A model generated the notes under the pieces. The model was given only the letters and a program-made list of their open reading frames with translations. It searched no databases and was not told where the DNA came from. Source: Octopus vulgaris (taxonomy: Eukaryota). From it: 64,000 nt of DNA. The position numbers and the translations under genes are program-made. Location of the stretch: positions 35,836,001-35,900,000 of the forward strand of contig OX597822.1 of NCBI GenBank assembly GCA_951406725.2, written 5' to 3'. Shown here piece after piece: positions 28,107 to 41,742 of this stretch (the stretch's first letter is position 1; each line of letters starts with the position of its first letter).

Positions 28107-28722
28107 GATTTCAAATTTTGGCACAAGGCCAGCAATTTCAGGGGAGGAAGTAAGTTGATTACATCAATGCCAGTGCTTAACTGGAACTTATTTTATCGAC
28201 CCCAAAATGATGAAAGGCAAGATCGACCTTGGTGGAACTGGAACTCAGGACATTAAGGTGGACAAAATACCTATTTCTTTACTACCCACAAGGGGCTACA
28301 CACAGAAGGGACAAATAAGGACAGACAAACAGATTAAGTCGATTATATCGACCCCAGTGCATAACTGGTATTTATTTAATCGACCCCGAAAGGATGAAAG
28401 GCAAAGTCGACCTCGGCGGAATTTGAACTCAGAACGTAGTGGCAGACAAAATACCACTAAGCATTTTGCCCGGCATGCAAACAATTCTGCCTTTGTGTGT
28501 ATCAATATTGGTTTCAAATTTTGGCACAAGACCAGCAATTTCAGGGAACAGGTTAAGTCGATTACATCAACCTCAGTATTCAACTGGTACTTATTTCATC
28601 AACTCCAAAACGATGAGAGGTGAAGTCGACCTCATCAGAATTTGAACTCAGAACATAGCGACAGCCGAAATGCCTCTAAGCAGTCCACCTGACATGCTAA
28701 CGATTCTGCCAGCTAGCTGCCT
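28107..28722 (-). mobile_element. Tandem family-M SINE insertions with a triplicated target site
   Basis: TGTGTATCAATA at about 28094, 28496 and 28727 brackets the SINE copies. Confidence 0.8.
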
Positions 28723-29152
28723 TTTCTGTGTATCAATATTAATCAGTGTAAATACTTCATGGTATCAAAAAGGGGAGGTAAGTATCTAAGGAGAGATAAC
28801 TCAGGTGAAATTAGCCATTATATAAAAAAAGATCAATAAAATAAGCATCTTAAAGTGTAATGACTAAAACATGTAAAGGTAAAATATTCCCAATAGCTGA
28901 GTGAAGTGAGATACATTGAATTAAGTGCAAACAGGCCCAATATAACAGGACTTGCAATGGACTTGAACTCAAGGCCTATGGCCTGGCTATTCAACATCAT
29001 AACCAGTCAACCATTTCGTTTCTTGTCATAAAATCACAAATAAAATGCAAATAAAATTCTAGCTAGCCCTATTAGAAATAGCAGTTAAATTTTCCTCAAA
29101 CCACATCCTATTGTCTAACACATTGAATAATGTGGATAATGTAAACCATGGT

Positions 29153-29184
<32 letters not shown>

Positions 29185-29349
29185 GGAAAATAAGATAGGA
29201 TTGCACAGCTGGTATGCTTTTAACCATAGGTAGGTCTACTTGATCCAGGCTGACCTTGGGGAGTATCAAAACAGGCTAGAAATTTTGTACCAGAAATCCT
29301 CTCAAAAAGTGGATTTGGTAGATGAAAACTGTGTGGAAGCCCATCATAC

Positions 29350-29397
<48 letters not shown>

Positions 29398-29850
29398 ATG
29401 TGTGTTTCTGTGTCCATCTGTTCTCATCACTGTTTAACAGCTAGGATTGGCTTCTTTTCATTCCCATTACTTAGTATCGCAAAAGAGACCGATAGAATAA
29501 GTACTAGAGTTGATTTGTTCAACTAGACCTTCAACTTAGTGCCCCAGTATAGCTGCAGTCCAATGATGGTAAGAGGTACGATAAGTTCAAGGTCATAAAT
29601 TCAAGTGGGAATGGTGTTATCCATAAAATCAATTCTAACATCTGTTGGACGAAAGTTGAAGTTCAGCCAGGCAGGATTTGAACCTATCATCATCATCATC
29701 ATCGATATCTGTTTTTCACGCTGGCATGAGTTGGACAGTCTGACAGGAGCTGGTAAGGTCAGGGGCCACACCAGGCTCCATTGTCTGTTTTGACATGGTT
29801 TCTTCAATGGGATGTCCTTTCTAACACCAACAACTATATAGAGTATGCTG

Positions 29851-31067
29851 AGTGCTTTCTACATGGCACCATCACCAGTGTTTTTTTACATGGCACCATC
29901 AACAGTGCTTTTTACATGGCACCATCATCAGTGCTTTTTACATAGCATCATCATCAGTGCTTTTTACGTGGCACCATCATCAGTACTGTTTACGTAGAAC
30001 CATCATCAATGCTTTTTACATGGCACCATCATCAGTGCTTTTTACGTGGCACCATCATCAGTACTGTTTACGTAGAACCATCAACAGTGCTTTTTACATG
30101 GCATCATCATCAATGCTTTTTACGTGGCACCATCATCAGTACTGTTTACGTAGAACCATCATCAGTGCTTTTTACATAGCATCATCATCAGTGCTTTTTA
30201 CGTGGCACCATCATCAGTACTGTTTACGTAGAACCATCAACAGTGCTTTTTACATGGCACCATCATCAGTGCTTTTTACATAGCATCATCATCAGTGCTT
30301 TTTACGTGGCACCATCATCAGTACTGTTTACGTAGAACCATCATCAATGCTTTTTACATGGCACCATCATCAATGCTTTTTACGTGGCACCATCATCAGT
30401 ACTGTTTACGTAGAACCATCATCAGTGCTTTTTACATGGCACCATCATCAATGCTTTTTACGTGGCACCATCATCAGTACTGTTTACGTAGAACCATCAT
30501 CAGTGCTTTTTACATGGCATCATCATCAATGCTTTTTACGTGGCACCATCATCAGTACTGTTTACGTAGAACCATCATCAGTGCTTTTTACATGGCATCA
30601 TCATCAGTGCTTTTTACGTGGCACCATCATCAGTACTGTTTACGTAGAACCATCATCAATGCTTTTTACATGGCACCATCATCAATGCTTTTTACATGGC
30701 ACCATCATCAGTACTGTTTACGTAGAACCATCATCAATGCTTTTTACGTGGCACCATCATCAGTGCTTTTTACGTGGTACCATCACCAGTGCTTTTTACG
30801 TGGCACCATCATCAATGCTTTTTACATGGCACCATCATCAGTGCTTTTTACGTGGCACCATCATCAATGCTTTTTACATGGCACCATCATCAGTGCTTTT
30901 TAAGTGGCACCATCACTAGTGCTTTTTACGTGGCACCATCATCAGTGCTTTTTACGTGGTACCATCACCAGTGCTTTTTATGTGGCACCATCATCAATGC
31001 TTTTTACATGGCACCATCATCAATGCTTTTTACGTGGGACCATCATCAGTGCTTTTTACGTGGCACC
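29851..31067. repeat. 26-bp minisatellite (~47 units) with a 78-bp higher-order repeat
   Basis: Unit ATCATCAGTGCTTTTTACGTGGCACC; variant marker AGTACTG recurs at 29982, 30060, 30138, 30216, 30320, 30398, 30476, 30554, 30632, 30710. Confidence 0.95.
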
Positions 31068-33230
31068 AGCACCAACATGATCACCAAGTAACTTGCAAGA
31101 CAAAATCTCTTTTAGCAGAGAGGGGGAGTAGTGGTGGAGGTGGATTTGAGCTAATTGATAAGAGATTGGAGATATAGAAGGACAGGGGTAGGTGCCTTGA
31201 GATAACTAAGTACAGTTAGGTATTCTATCTTGCACTAATGATTCTACCAGTCAGCTACCCTTGAAATTAACTGTTTCTGATATAAGTACAAAACCTGGAA
31301 ATTTGTGAGCAGGGGTTAGCCAATCTACATAACCATAGTACTACAAGAGTTTAAAAGGCAAAGTTTAGCAGGATTTGAACTCAGAATGCTAAGAGGCAGA
31401 ACAAATACCACTGAGCATTTTATCCGAGGCTCTAATAATTTGACCAGTTGGCCATCCTTTAGAAAAACAATAACGAAAATAATGGGTCAAAACAAAAATA
31501 ACAAATAATGATAAGAAAGTCATAATGATTTCTCATATTTAACACAGCTTAACACATCATCATGAGACCTATTTTCTGTTTAACAAGGCTTCTCACCAAT
31601 AAGATAAGTCTTATTATCAGTGTTGTCTTTTGTGGTTGTGGTGATGGTGGTAGAGGAGGTGATGGGTTTTTTGTTTGTTTTGGGGGAATTTTTTTAGTTC
31701 TTTTGTTGTTTTTTTTTTTAAAGTTAAAGCTTACAAAATACAATCAACAACATTTTATATCACAACATATATTCTTAGAGGTTAACTTATTGATCACAGA
31801 GAAACTAGAGAGGAAAGGACAAAAAAGACAGACTAGGTTGATGTCAACTTCAATAGCTTAGTTGGGGGTGGGAGAGGAGGAGTAACAGTTCCCCTTGGGT
31901 GATGCTTTTATGGGAGTGGCACTTAGGGTGTGCTGTATAAGCCTGTATAGGGGGTGGCAAACTGAAGGGCTGCCCAAGACAGTACACACTCCTGTTATGC
32001 CACTGGTCAACTTAGCATTTTGTCTTTCTGGGGTTGACAATAAAAGCAGTACCACGTGTACAGCTTAATCAATTCCAGCCTGCTCCATAATCTGAGGTTT
32101 TGCCTTCATGTTAAAAATCATTATCATCATCATCAAGATCAATATGTAAAGATAGTAATATAGCTTACTTTACCAAACATTAGGGCCTGGATCAACTTTA
32201 ACTTTCATCCAACAGATGTCAGAATTGATTTTATGGACAACACCACCATGCCCATTTAAATTTATGACCTTGAACTTATTATATCCCTTATCATCATTGG
32301 ACTGCAGCTATACTGGGGCACTAAGTTGAAGGTTTAGTTCAACAAATCAATTCTAGTAAGGGAACAAACGTGTCAGGTGAGGAACAATCAATTGCATTTA
32401 TAACTAATTAGCAATGTTAAAGATTACTCAGGAAATAAACAGGTAACCCTAACCCTAATGGATATTTGAATTCATGAATATCAGGGACGTCAATGAAGAA
32501 AGCCTTAAAGTGCAGAATGTGTTTATAAGTGTATGTTTGTGTGTGTATGTGTGTGTTAGAGCTGTCTCAACAACATTGTACGTTCCCCCACTAGGGCAAA
32601 TCAGTGCACAAGGTCCTACAGTAATTATTTATTGATAACAAGCCAGACTAGAGTCCCTACATTCGTGAGGTCCATAGGCCACTGCCTTGTGTCTCTATGG
32701 CATAAGACAGCACTGGTGCGCGCGCGCGCGTGTGTGTGTATGAATGAATCTTTTGTCAGTTTCAACAGTGAGTATTCCCATTATCCGATCAAGTGGGCTA
32801 CCTAGACGCAAACCCTTTAGCATTTAAACAGACCATATCTGGCCAAAGCATTCAGTCTGCTTTATAACAACAAGGACAACCACGCAGTACAAATATATAT
32901 TTCTTTATTGCCCACAGGGGGCTAAACATAGAAGGGGCAGGCAAGGACAAAGGGATTAAGTCGATTACATCGACCCCAGTGCGTAACTAGTACTTATTTA
33001 ATCGACCCTGAAAGAATGAAAAGCAAAGTCGACCTCGGCGGAATTGGAACTGAGAACATAACAGCAGACGAAAAACCGCTAAGCATTTCGCCCGGCGTGT
33101 TAACGATTCTGCAGTATATATATATATATATAACGGGAAGCTTTATGAAAATAAACAAAAGACGAAGGCAGGTGGAAAACAAACGAACAATTGTATTAGT
33201 ATGGCGCTCAGGAAATATAAATAAAACAAG

Positions 33231-33268
33231 TCTTTAACGTTTCGAGCCTACGCTCTTCAACAGAAAGA
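33231..33268 (-). ncRNA. Minimal hammerhead-like motif with variant core, in an ~180-bp insert (33131-33310) between (TA)n tracts
   Basis: Minus strand: TCTTT-CTGTTGAA-GAGC(GTAG)GCTC-GAAA-CG-TT-AAAGA; AACGTT palindrome at helix III. Confidence 0.6.
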
Positions 33269-35342
33269 TACACAGAGAGAGAAAAACACAGAAAGAAGGA
33301 GAGAAAAAAAAATATATATATATATATTATTATTATTATCATTATATATATATATATATATATATATGCGCGCGCGCCTCTAACATAGGCACAAGGCTTA
33401 AAATTTGAGATGTGTTGGGAGTTAGTCCCTTGCATTGACCTCAGCACTTGACTGGTACTTTATTTTATCGATCCAGTAAGGATGAAAGGCAAAGCTGACC
33501 TCGGCAGAATTTGAACCCAGAAAGTAAAAGATTCAGAAATACTGCAAAGCATTTTTGTCTGGCGCGCTAACAATTCTGCCAAATAAAACAGAAATGACAA
33601 CACCTAGCTCATGTTTCAAGAAAAATTCACATCCTCGATACAAAAAATAAAATCTTTTTTATCATTTTAAATCGAGAAATATATAAAATATGCATTACGA
33701 TTTAGAATTAAATAAAAACAGTAAATAAACTATCAAGATACATTTAATTTTACAGAACAGGTAACCACTCCCAACAGGAAAATATAAACAAATCGTATAG
33801 AAGGCAGGCATTGTAAACGAAATAACACAAGTGCGAGTCTCTATGTGGTTGCTTGACCTGCTAGAAACAGCAGCTAAATCTCCTTCAAATTACACTCCCC
33901 AGCCTATGCTATCTTAAAAAATAAAGGACACAGTGTATCTAGAACAATATATTCCCATCAACGTCTGGGGAAAAGACGGAATAGTCACAGATGGAACGCT
34001 TTTGAGTATAGATCTGCTGCTGTAGCAGTGCTGTCTTGTGGCTCAACAACAACAACAAAAGGTAAATTGCAATGGATTGAGTCACTGGAAGCATATATTT
34101 ATTGTTTTTAAACATGTAGACACAATGTTTGAGTAAGTTAATGACTTTAGCTTCATTCTAAATTAAGAAGCTGTTTCTAATAGCATTACAATCAGTTCTA
34201 AATTTAAATTCAATAATGCTTGCCATCCAATATTTAACTGAGATTAGAGCTAGGGTTATTTAAAGACAGGATATATTATCGTCTACGTCACTAATATACA
34301 TTATTTAAAGTTAGATCAATATATTTAATTATTATCATTCTCCTGTCCCATACCGTTTCTTCTTAAAATTCCCCACCTTCTTACTTTAATTTAAATAGCT
34401 TAATTAATAAAATGACATTCTTTTGCTGTTTTGGTTTAGGTGTTTTAGCTGTGTTTGTAAAAATCAGAGACAGTAGTCGCAAATAACAATCTGGGTCGGG
34501 CAAAGTATTCAACAAAATTCTCATATTTGTCTTGGGACTTTGCTATTTCTTGTGGTTTATCCCCTTTCCCGCACATATATATTAGCCTTCGTCTAGCAGA
34601 CCTATATAAGTCAAAGACCTATCTCCCAGCAGTAACCATTCCGTCTTTTTCTCTTTCCTTTCTCGTCAATCAGGTAGAATAGATGTTATCTCAGTAACCC
34701 ATAGTAAATTAATAAAAACGAGATATAGCATTTAAACGATAAGAGTAAAAAATAAAAAGAAATAAGCATTTTTCTTCTTTTTTTTCAGTACAAAAATTTA
34801 AAAAATAAAACAAGCAAAAAAAAAAACAAACAAAAAAATTGTATTTAATTAATAAATTCCTGCGTCAATACAAACTATCAGGTATGCATAAAGGTATGCA
34901 TAAAGTGACATATAATAATATTGTATGTTCAAGTATTTTTGCCTTGATGGACTTTAAGTGACGTGGGTGACAACAAGTGGAAATAGCGAACGGGTGTTTT
35001 CTTATTAGCTAGCGGGCTATCAAGAATCGAAACCTTGTGGCAAATATCAAAGAGTTAACACGAATTGACAATATTGGGATTTAATAACGATTTCTAATTA
35101 GTATGGAAATCCGCAAATTTTAGGGGGCAGGGATCGATCTGTCGTTACATTCCGTTGCAATTCCATTCACGTCTAGGATGTGATAGAAATATAAATCTAC
35201 TCTTATTGGCAAGTATTTTACGGGACCCTTCACGAAATTATGAAAAGCAAAGGTGGTGTCGGTGGCATCTGAACCCAGATCGTTAGGGGCATGATTTTGT
35301 TAGTAATATATATATAAAAATACAACAAAAAAAGGAGCAAAC

Positions 35343-35479
35343 CTGTATTTTTTAAACCGATCTGGATCGTTTTTGAACATTTCATCCATATGTAAATAAG
35401 ATCCATGATGGTCATAGTAGGCTTTTAGATCTAGCCAAGCAGATTCAGCTGTCAACTCGTTTTTCGGCTCACAAGACAT
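35343..35479 (-). CDS. GPI: Glucose-6-phosphate isomerase, first coding exon (137 bp)
   Basis: AATCATG start; MSCEPKNELTAESAWLDLKAYYDHHGSYLHMDEMFKNDPDRFKKY+AG|gtttgc. Matches the GPI N-terminus (L..F..D.DRF..S) and splices in frame to 187-277. Confidence 0.95.
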
Positions 35480-35800
35480 GATTATGATGGCAACGACCTT
35501 GGCAATGTCCTTCGGTAGCCTTGCTTCTTCTGTATGACGCTAACTTAACCTTAACCTTCTTCTACTATCTAAACAGAAATGATGTTGTAGCTTACGACAA
35601 ACCTCGTTTGGGGTTTGCCACTAAGAAAAACCTGTTAAGGTACTTATCCGAATGCTTTCTTTTATTTTTTTCACGCAAATTTAAAAAAAAATATTCTGTA
35701 CAACAAAATGAAAATAGAAACTTATTAAACAAATATAATTAATTTAGTTATTTACACGTATATACGCTTAATTTTTTTACATCAACAACATTGATTTCAC
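35480..35800 (-). promoter_or_regulatory. Probable GPI 5' UTR/promoter region
   Basis: Immediately upstream of the ATG; repeat-free and visibly richer in CpG than the intron interior; TSS cannot be placed. Confidence 0.45.
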
Positions 35801-35988
35801 TGTTTTTATAGATCATATTCTTTGCTATTCTAGGCCCAAGACTCGAAATTTTTGGTTGAAATTTAGATTAGATCGACCCCAGTGCGCCACTAGTATTTCA
35901 GTCATCGACGCCGAAAGGATATTAAAGCTAAGGGTGGAGTACCTACTTTCAGATCACATCAATATATATAAGTATGTATGTATGTATG

Positions 35989-36027
<39 letters not shown>

Positions 36028-36463
36028 ATACCTGCATACATGCATACATACATACACACACACATGCATACATGCATGCATAGATACATACATACACACA
36101 CATGCATGTATGCATGCATACATGCATACATACGCACATGCATGTATGCAAGCATACATACATTCATGCATACATTCTTACGTACAAACATGCATACATA
36201 CATACATACATACATATTTATATCTTTTATCTTTTGTTTCAGTCATTAGACTGCAGTCATGCTGGAGCACTAACTTGAAGAATTTTTAGTTCAATGTATC
36301 ACCCCAGTACTTACTTTTTAAAGCCTGATAATTATTCTATTGAAATCTGTTGTCAAACCACTAAGTTATGGGGACATAAACACACCAGCACCAGTTCTCA
36401 AACAGTGGGTGGGGGGACAACACAGACACAAAGACACACATACACACACATATACACACACAT

Positions 36464-36514
<51 letters not shown>

Positions 36515-36517
<3 letters not shown>

Positions 36518-37310
36518 TCATCATCATCGTTTAATGTCCACTTTCCATGCTGGCATGGGTTGGATGGTTTGACTGAGGGCTGGTGAGCCAGAAGGCTGCA
36601 CCAGGCTCCAATCTGATCTGGCAAAGTTTCTACAGCTGGATGCCCTTCCTGATGCCAACCACTCCAAGAGTGTAGTGGGCCACTGAGGTGGAACTTGCAT
36701 CGACCATGCTCAAATTGTGCTTTTTACGTGTCACCTGCACAAGAGCCAGTCCGACAGCACTGGCAACGAACATGTTCAAATAGTGCTTTTTATATGCCAC
36801 TGGCATGGGTGCCAATCAGGTGATACTGTCATCAGCCACAACAATGATTTCACTTGCCTCAACAGGTCTTCACAAGTGTAGTTTATTATCCAATGATTGA
36901 AAGGTACTCTTAAATGGGCAGATTATACAGCACTGGCATAAGCCACAGTTTTGGTCTCAATTGGCTTGCCAAGTCTTCTCAATCACAGCATATCTCCAAA
37001 GGTCTCGGTCACTTGTCATTGCCTTGGTGAGGCCCACTGTTTGAAGGTCGTGCTTCACCACCTCATCCCAAGTCTTCCTGGGTCTACCTCTTCAACAGGT
37101 TCCCTCAACTGCTAGGTTGTGACACTTTTCCACACAACTGTCCTCATCCATTCACAACACATGACCATACCAGTGCAGTAGTCTCTCTTGCACACCACAT
37201 CTAAGTTCAACTTTTCTCTCAGGACGCTTATACTCTTATGTGTATCACACTGACATTACACATCCAGTGGAGCATACTGGCTTCATTCCTTGCAAGCTTA
37301 CACATGTCCT
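36515..37310 (-). mobile_element. RTE-clade LINE, 5'-truncated, inserted in a family-K SINE
   Basis: RLLHWYGHVL*MDEDSCVEKC...RGRPRKTWDEVVKHDL...DRDLWR, followed by 3' UTR and (GAT)n tail. Confidence 0.9.
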
Positions 37311-37488
37311 CATGATGGGCTCCTTTCAGTTTCCATCTACCAAATCCACTCACAAGGCTTTGGTCGGCCCAGGGTTATGGTAGAAAACATTTGTCTAAGG
37401 TACCACACAGTGGGACTGAACCTGGAAGCATGGGATTGGGAAACAAGCTTCTTATCCCACAGCTACGCCTGTGCCTATATATATATGT

Positions 37489-37535
<47 letters not shown>

Positions 37536-37539
37536 TATA

Positions 37540-37580
<41 letters not shown>

Positions 37581-37589
37581 AATATATAT

Positions 37590-37746
<157 letters not shown>

Positions 37747-37759
37747 GTATAAATACATA

Positions 37760-38224
37760 TACATATCAAATATGATAATATGCAACATAAATTCTTGTTT
37801 TATTAAAATTATCTCTGCATTAATAGGATGTATTATAATTAACAAATGGCAATTGTGAACAACTCCATATGAGGATACAAGATAATCTCAAGAGTCAAGT
37901 ATTCTCCAAGCTGACAATGCCATGAAGGAAAAGGACTGGCTTATTGTCCAAAGATAAAAGGACAGTTATGGTCATGTGCTTCTGCCTTAATAAGCATCAC
38001 CAGCAGGACCACTGTCGAAATCTATTTCAAATAGCCAAGGGATTTAGGTGTGCAAAATGAACAGAGCAAAAGAAGGAGCTGAGTAAAATAACTCAGAGTG
38101 GGTAATGGTCATGAACAATGATGAAAGGATTTTGGCAAGCAAACAACCAATTGATTGTTTAACCAGTGCATGAAACAAACAATTGATTAGTTAGTTGGTT
38201 AGATATTTAACCAATTGACTAACA
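37760..38224 (-). mobile_element. LTR-like remnant; related partial copy at 15051-15250 (+)
   Basis: Both begin TGTTA and share TAACCAACTAACTAATCAATT; the 15 kb copy has TATATAAAAA; no TSD identified. Confidence 0.4.
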
Positions 38225-38237
38225 ATAGAGAAGTGAT

Positions 38238-38798
38238 TTTGAACAAATGCATTGGTTTATTATTATTGGTGAATGACTCTCCCAAGAAACAAGATTTATT
38301 TTCACATACAAATTCATATCAAGAAACTTGCAAAACAAGTACAAAAATTAAATATATATGTATATGTATATAACAAGATTTATTTTCACATACAAATTCA
38401 TATCAAGAAACTTGCAAAACAAGTACAAAAATTAAATATATATGTATATGTATATAACAAGATTTATTTTCACATACAAATTCATATCAAGAAACTTGCA
38501 AAACAAGTACAAAAATTAAATATATATGTATATGTATATAACAAGATTTATTTTCACATACAAATTCATATCAAGAAACTTGCAAAACAAGTACAAAAAT
38601 TAAATATATATGTATATGTATATAACAAGATTTATTTTCACATACAAATTCATATCAAGAAACTTGCAAAACAAGTACAAAAATTAAATATATATGTATA
38701 TGTATATAACAAGATTTATTTTCACATACAAATTCATATCAAGAAACTTGCAAAACAAGTACAAAAATTAAATATATGTATATAAAAGTATATATCAA

Positions 38799-38871
<73 letters not shown>

Positions 38872-38984
38872 TAATTTTTGTACTTGTTTTGCAAGTTTCT
38901 TGATATGAATTTGTATGTGAAAATAAATCTTGTTTCTTGGGAGAGTCATTCACCAATAATAATAAACCAATGCATTTGTTCAAA
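38238..38984. repeat. 84-bp tandem array (~6 copies, 38288-38783) plus an inverted copy of 38238-38371 at 38851-38984
   Basis: Units start at 38288, 38372, 38456, 38540, 38624, 38708; the reverse complement lies across a (TA)n spacer. Confidence 0.95.
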
Positions 38985-39021
38985 GTCCCTTCTATATATA
39001 TATATATATGTATATGTGTGT

Positions 39022-39085
<64 letters not shown>

Positions 39086-39557
39086 CTACACATTTAGTAA
39101 TATAGTATGCTAGCTGTCTTGTTACGGTTATGTCCACAGGTTTTCAACAGAAATTATAGGCAGCACTGATTTTGTTACGATACTTTATATCTGAGATGCC
39201 TGATGTAAACAACCTTATGCATTATACAATTAATAGATATTGTAGTATCAATATACTTTGTAGGATATTATGGTTGCATAACAAGATACCGTGTCCCTAC
39301 AAGTCAATAACCACTAACACTTATTTTCTTCAGATCCTTCACATTCAATTCCCATTCCATGCTACCTTCTAGTGGCATCACATAGTTTACCACAGGCATA
39401 TCAAACATGTGGCCCACGGACCACATGCAGCCATTTTCAAACATGAGTGCAGCCCACAAGAACCAAAATGGGAGAACCAAAAAAGTTCTTAACAATAAAA
39501 GTAATTGATGAATATTTGATTTATAAAAATAGGATTATTGATGAACAAATAAAGATT

Positions 39558-40580
39558 TTAACCCTTTGGCATTCAGATTATTTAGTCAAACACTTATTTA
39601 TTCATATCGCTTTAAATTAATCATGCATTATTACTCCCTCCACAACACTAATCTCAAAAGGTCTTCTTGTGAACGTGACCTTGGCATTATTGTTGACAGC
39701 GATTTGTGTTGGACAAAACACATTGCTAAAATTGCCAAGAAGGCTGAGGGTGTCTTGGCATCACTTACCAAGTCCTTTGTGAGCCGCTCTCCGGCTATCT
39801 ATGAGGCTTTATATAGCTATGGTGTGGCCTCACCTGGAATTTGCATCACCGGTCTGGAACCCCTATCTTGCCCAGGATATTAATCATTTGGAAACTGTTC
39901 AGTGATGTGCAACCAAGAGAATACCCTCTATCAGGCATTTGCCATATTCTGAACACCTTACTTCCCTGGGCATGGATACATAGAAACTCCAACGTCTGGC
40001 AGCTGACTTGGCAGACACCCATAAAATTATTAACCATCTTACCAACAATAACTCTGAGCACTTTTTCGAACTCCACCTGTCTAACACCTGTGGACATGTT
40101 TACAAAGTCAGAAAACAGCACAGCTCCCATGACTTTTGGAAACATTTTTTCACACTAAGAGTTGCTGAAGCATGGAACAAACTGCCGGCATCAGTTGTTA
40201 GTTGTCGGAGCACTGCATCCTTCAAAACTTCCATGCTTCACGAGATTCGTCAACACTACACCTGATTTTCTCCCCTCCATACACATGCAAGCATGTATCT
40301 GACTCATACACTATTCACTTCCCAGACATTTGTATATTAATGCATATGCTTTATACGCACTTTTGACAAGTTGCGGTGCACCTGAGCACTGTATACAATA
40401 ATTTCATTATTATTATTATTATATTATTATCTTTTAGCTTTGAGGTTTTGATGATGCGACTGGTTATTTTTACAATGACATTGTAGGACAGGAGCGTGAT
40501 GCCAGATCTAGCCAGTTTGAAGATAAAACAGGTAGAATATTTAGACCAGATACGACTGGTTTAAATACTGAAGGTTTGAA
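39558..40580. mobile_element. piggyBac-type MITE (TTAA-CCCTT.. terminus) split by a CR1 insertion; partial copies near 17820 and 32810
   Basis: TTAACCCTTTGGCATT left end; degenerate ..AAATACTGAAGGTTTGAA right end. Confidence 0.6.
39630..40430 (+). mobile_element. CR1-clade LINE 3' fragment with (ATT)n tail
   Basis: ERDLGIIVDSDL..HI...PHLEFASPVWNPY...FFTLRVAEAWNKLP. Confidence 0.92.
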
Positions 40581-41001
40581 AGATTTTTTACCTAATAATA
40601 AAGAATTGATATAACAGAAATCTTTGTTGTAAACATGTGTTTAAGAATATGTTGCCCCATGGCAACATGTAAGTGAGCAATGCAGCTCATAGAGATTCTG
40701 CAGTTAGACATGCCTGATCTACCAATTGAACAGAGAGAGAAGCCTTTTATTGTTGCTCATCTTTGTCCTGATTAAGTAGGTCAATAGTTGAAAGCATTGA
40801 AGTGATGACCATCCTGTCATTTTATATATCAAGGATTTCATTGTCCAATGCATTTTTATTTTCATTTTTAAACAATAGACACAGGTGTGGCTGTGTAGTA
40901 ATAAGCTTCCTTCCCAACCACATGGTTCCAGGTTCAGTCCCACTGCATGGCATGATGGGCAGGTGTCTTCTACTATAGCCTCGGGCCAACCAGAAGCCCA
41001 T

Positions 41002-41037
<36 letters not shown>

Positions 41038-41119
41038 AAAGTAAAAAAATACAAACTGGGACAAGAACGTGAAACATTTTGAAGACAACACAAAAAACAC
41101 AGACGGGACATTCAAAGCC

Positions 41120-41170
<51 letters not shown>

Positions 41171-41185
41171 ATATATATGTATGTA

Positions 41186-41271
<86 letters not shown>

Positions 41272-41273
41272 TG

Positions 41274-41304
<31 letters not shown>

Positions 41305-41323
41305 GTATGTATGTATATATATG

Positions 41324-41414
<91 letters not shown>

Positions 41415-41658
41415 ATGTATGTATGTATGTATGTATGTATGTATGTATGTATGTATATGCATCTGCTAACACCAGCCGTTTTTCTCTATCTCCGTTGCCC
41501 GCTCCGGGATCTTTCTTTCCTCTCTCTTCCTTCTTTATGTTTCCGACGATCCGCTCGATCATACCTTCCTGTTCCATTTCCTGAGCGCCTATAATAATAA
41601 TACTGTATTGTTCCCTTGTTGTTGTTTTTTTGTTTCCCGTTTGGATTAAAATTATATG

Positions 41659-41742
<84 letters not shown>

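Noticed and set aside
29851-31067. CRISPR-like array, or tandem hammerheads (CTGATGA in nearly every unit on the minus strand)
   Set aside because: No unique spacers and no cas genes; CTGATGA is not followed by a proper helix II plus GAAA
32444-32458. Telomere-like TAACCCTAACCCTAA
   Set aside because: Only about two units; expected by chance or within repeats
38273-38785. 170-aa ORF with a 28-aa repeat
   Set aside because: Consequence of the 84-bp tandem repeat; no splice or homology evidence
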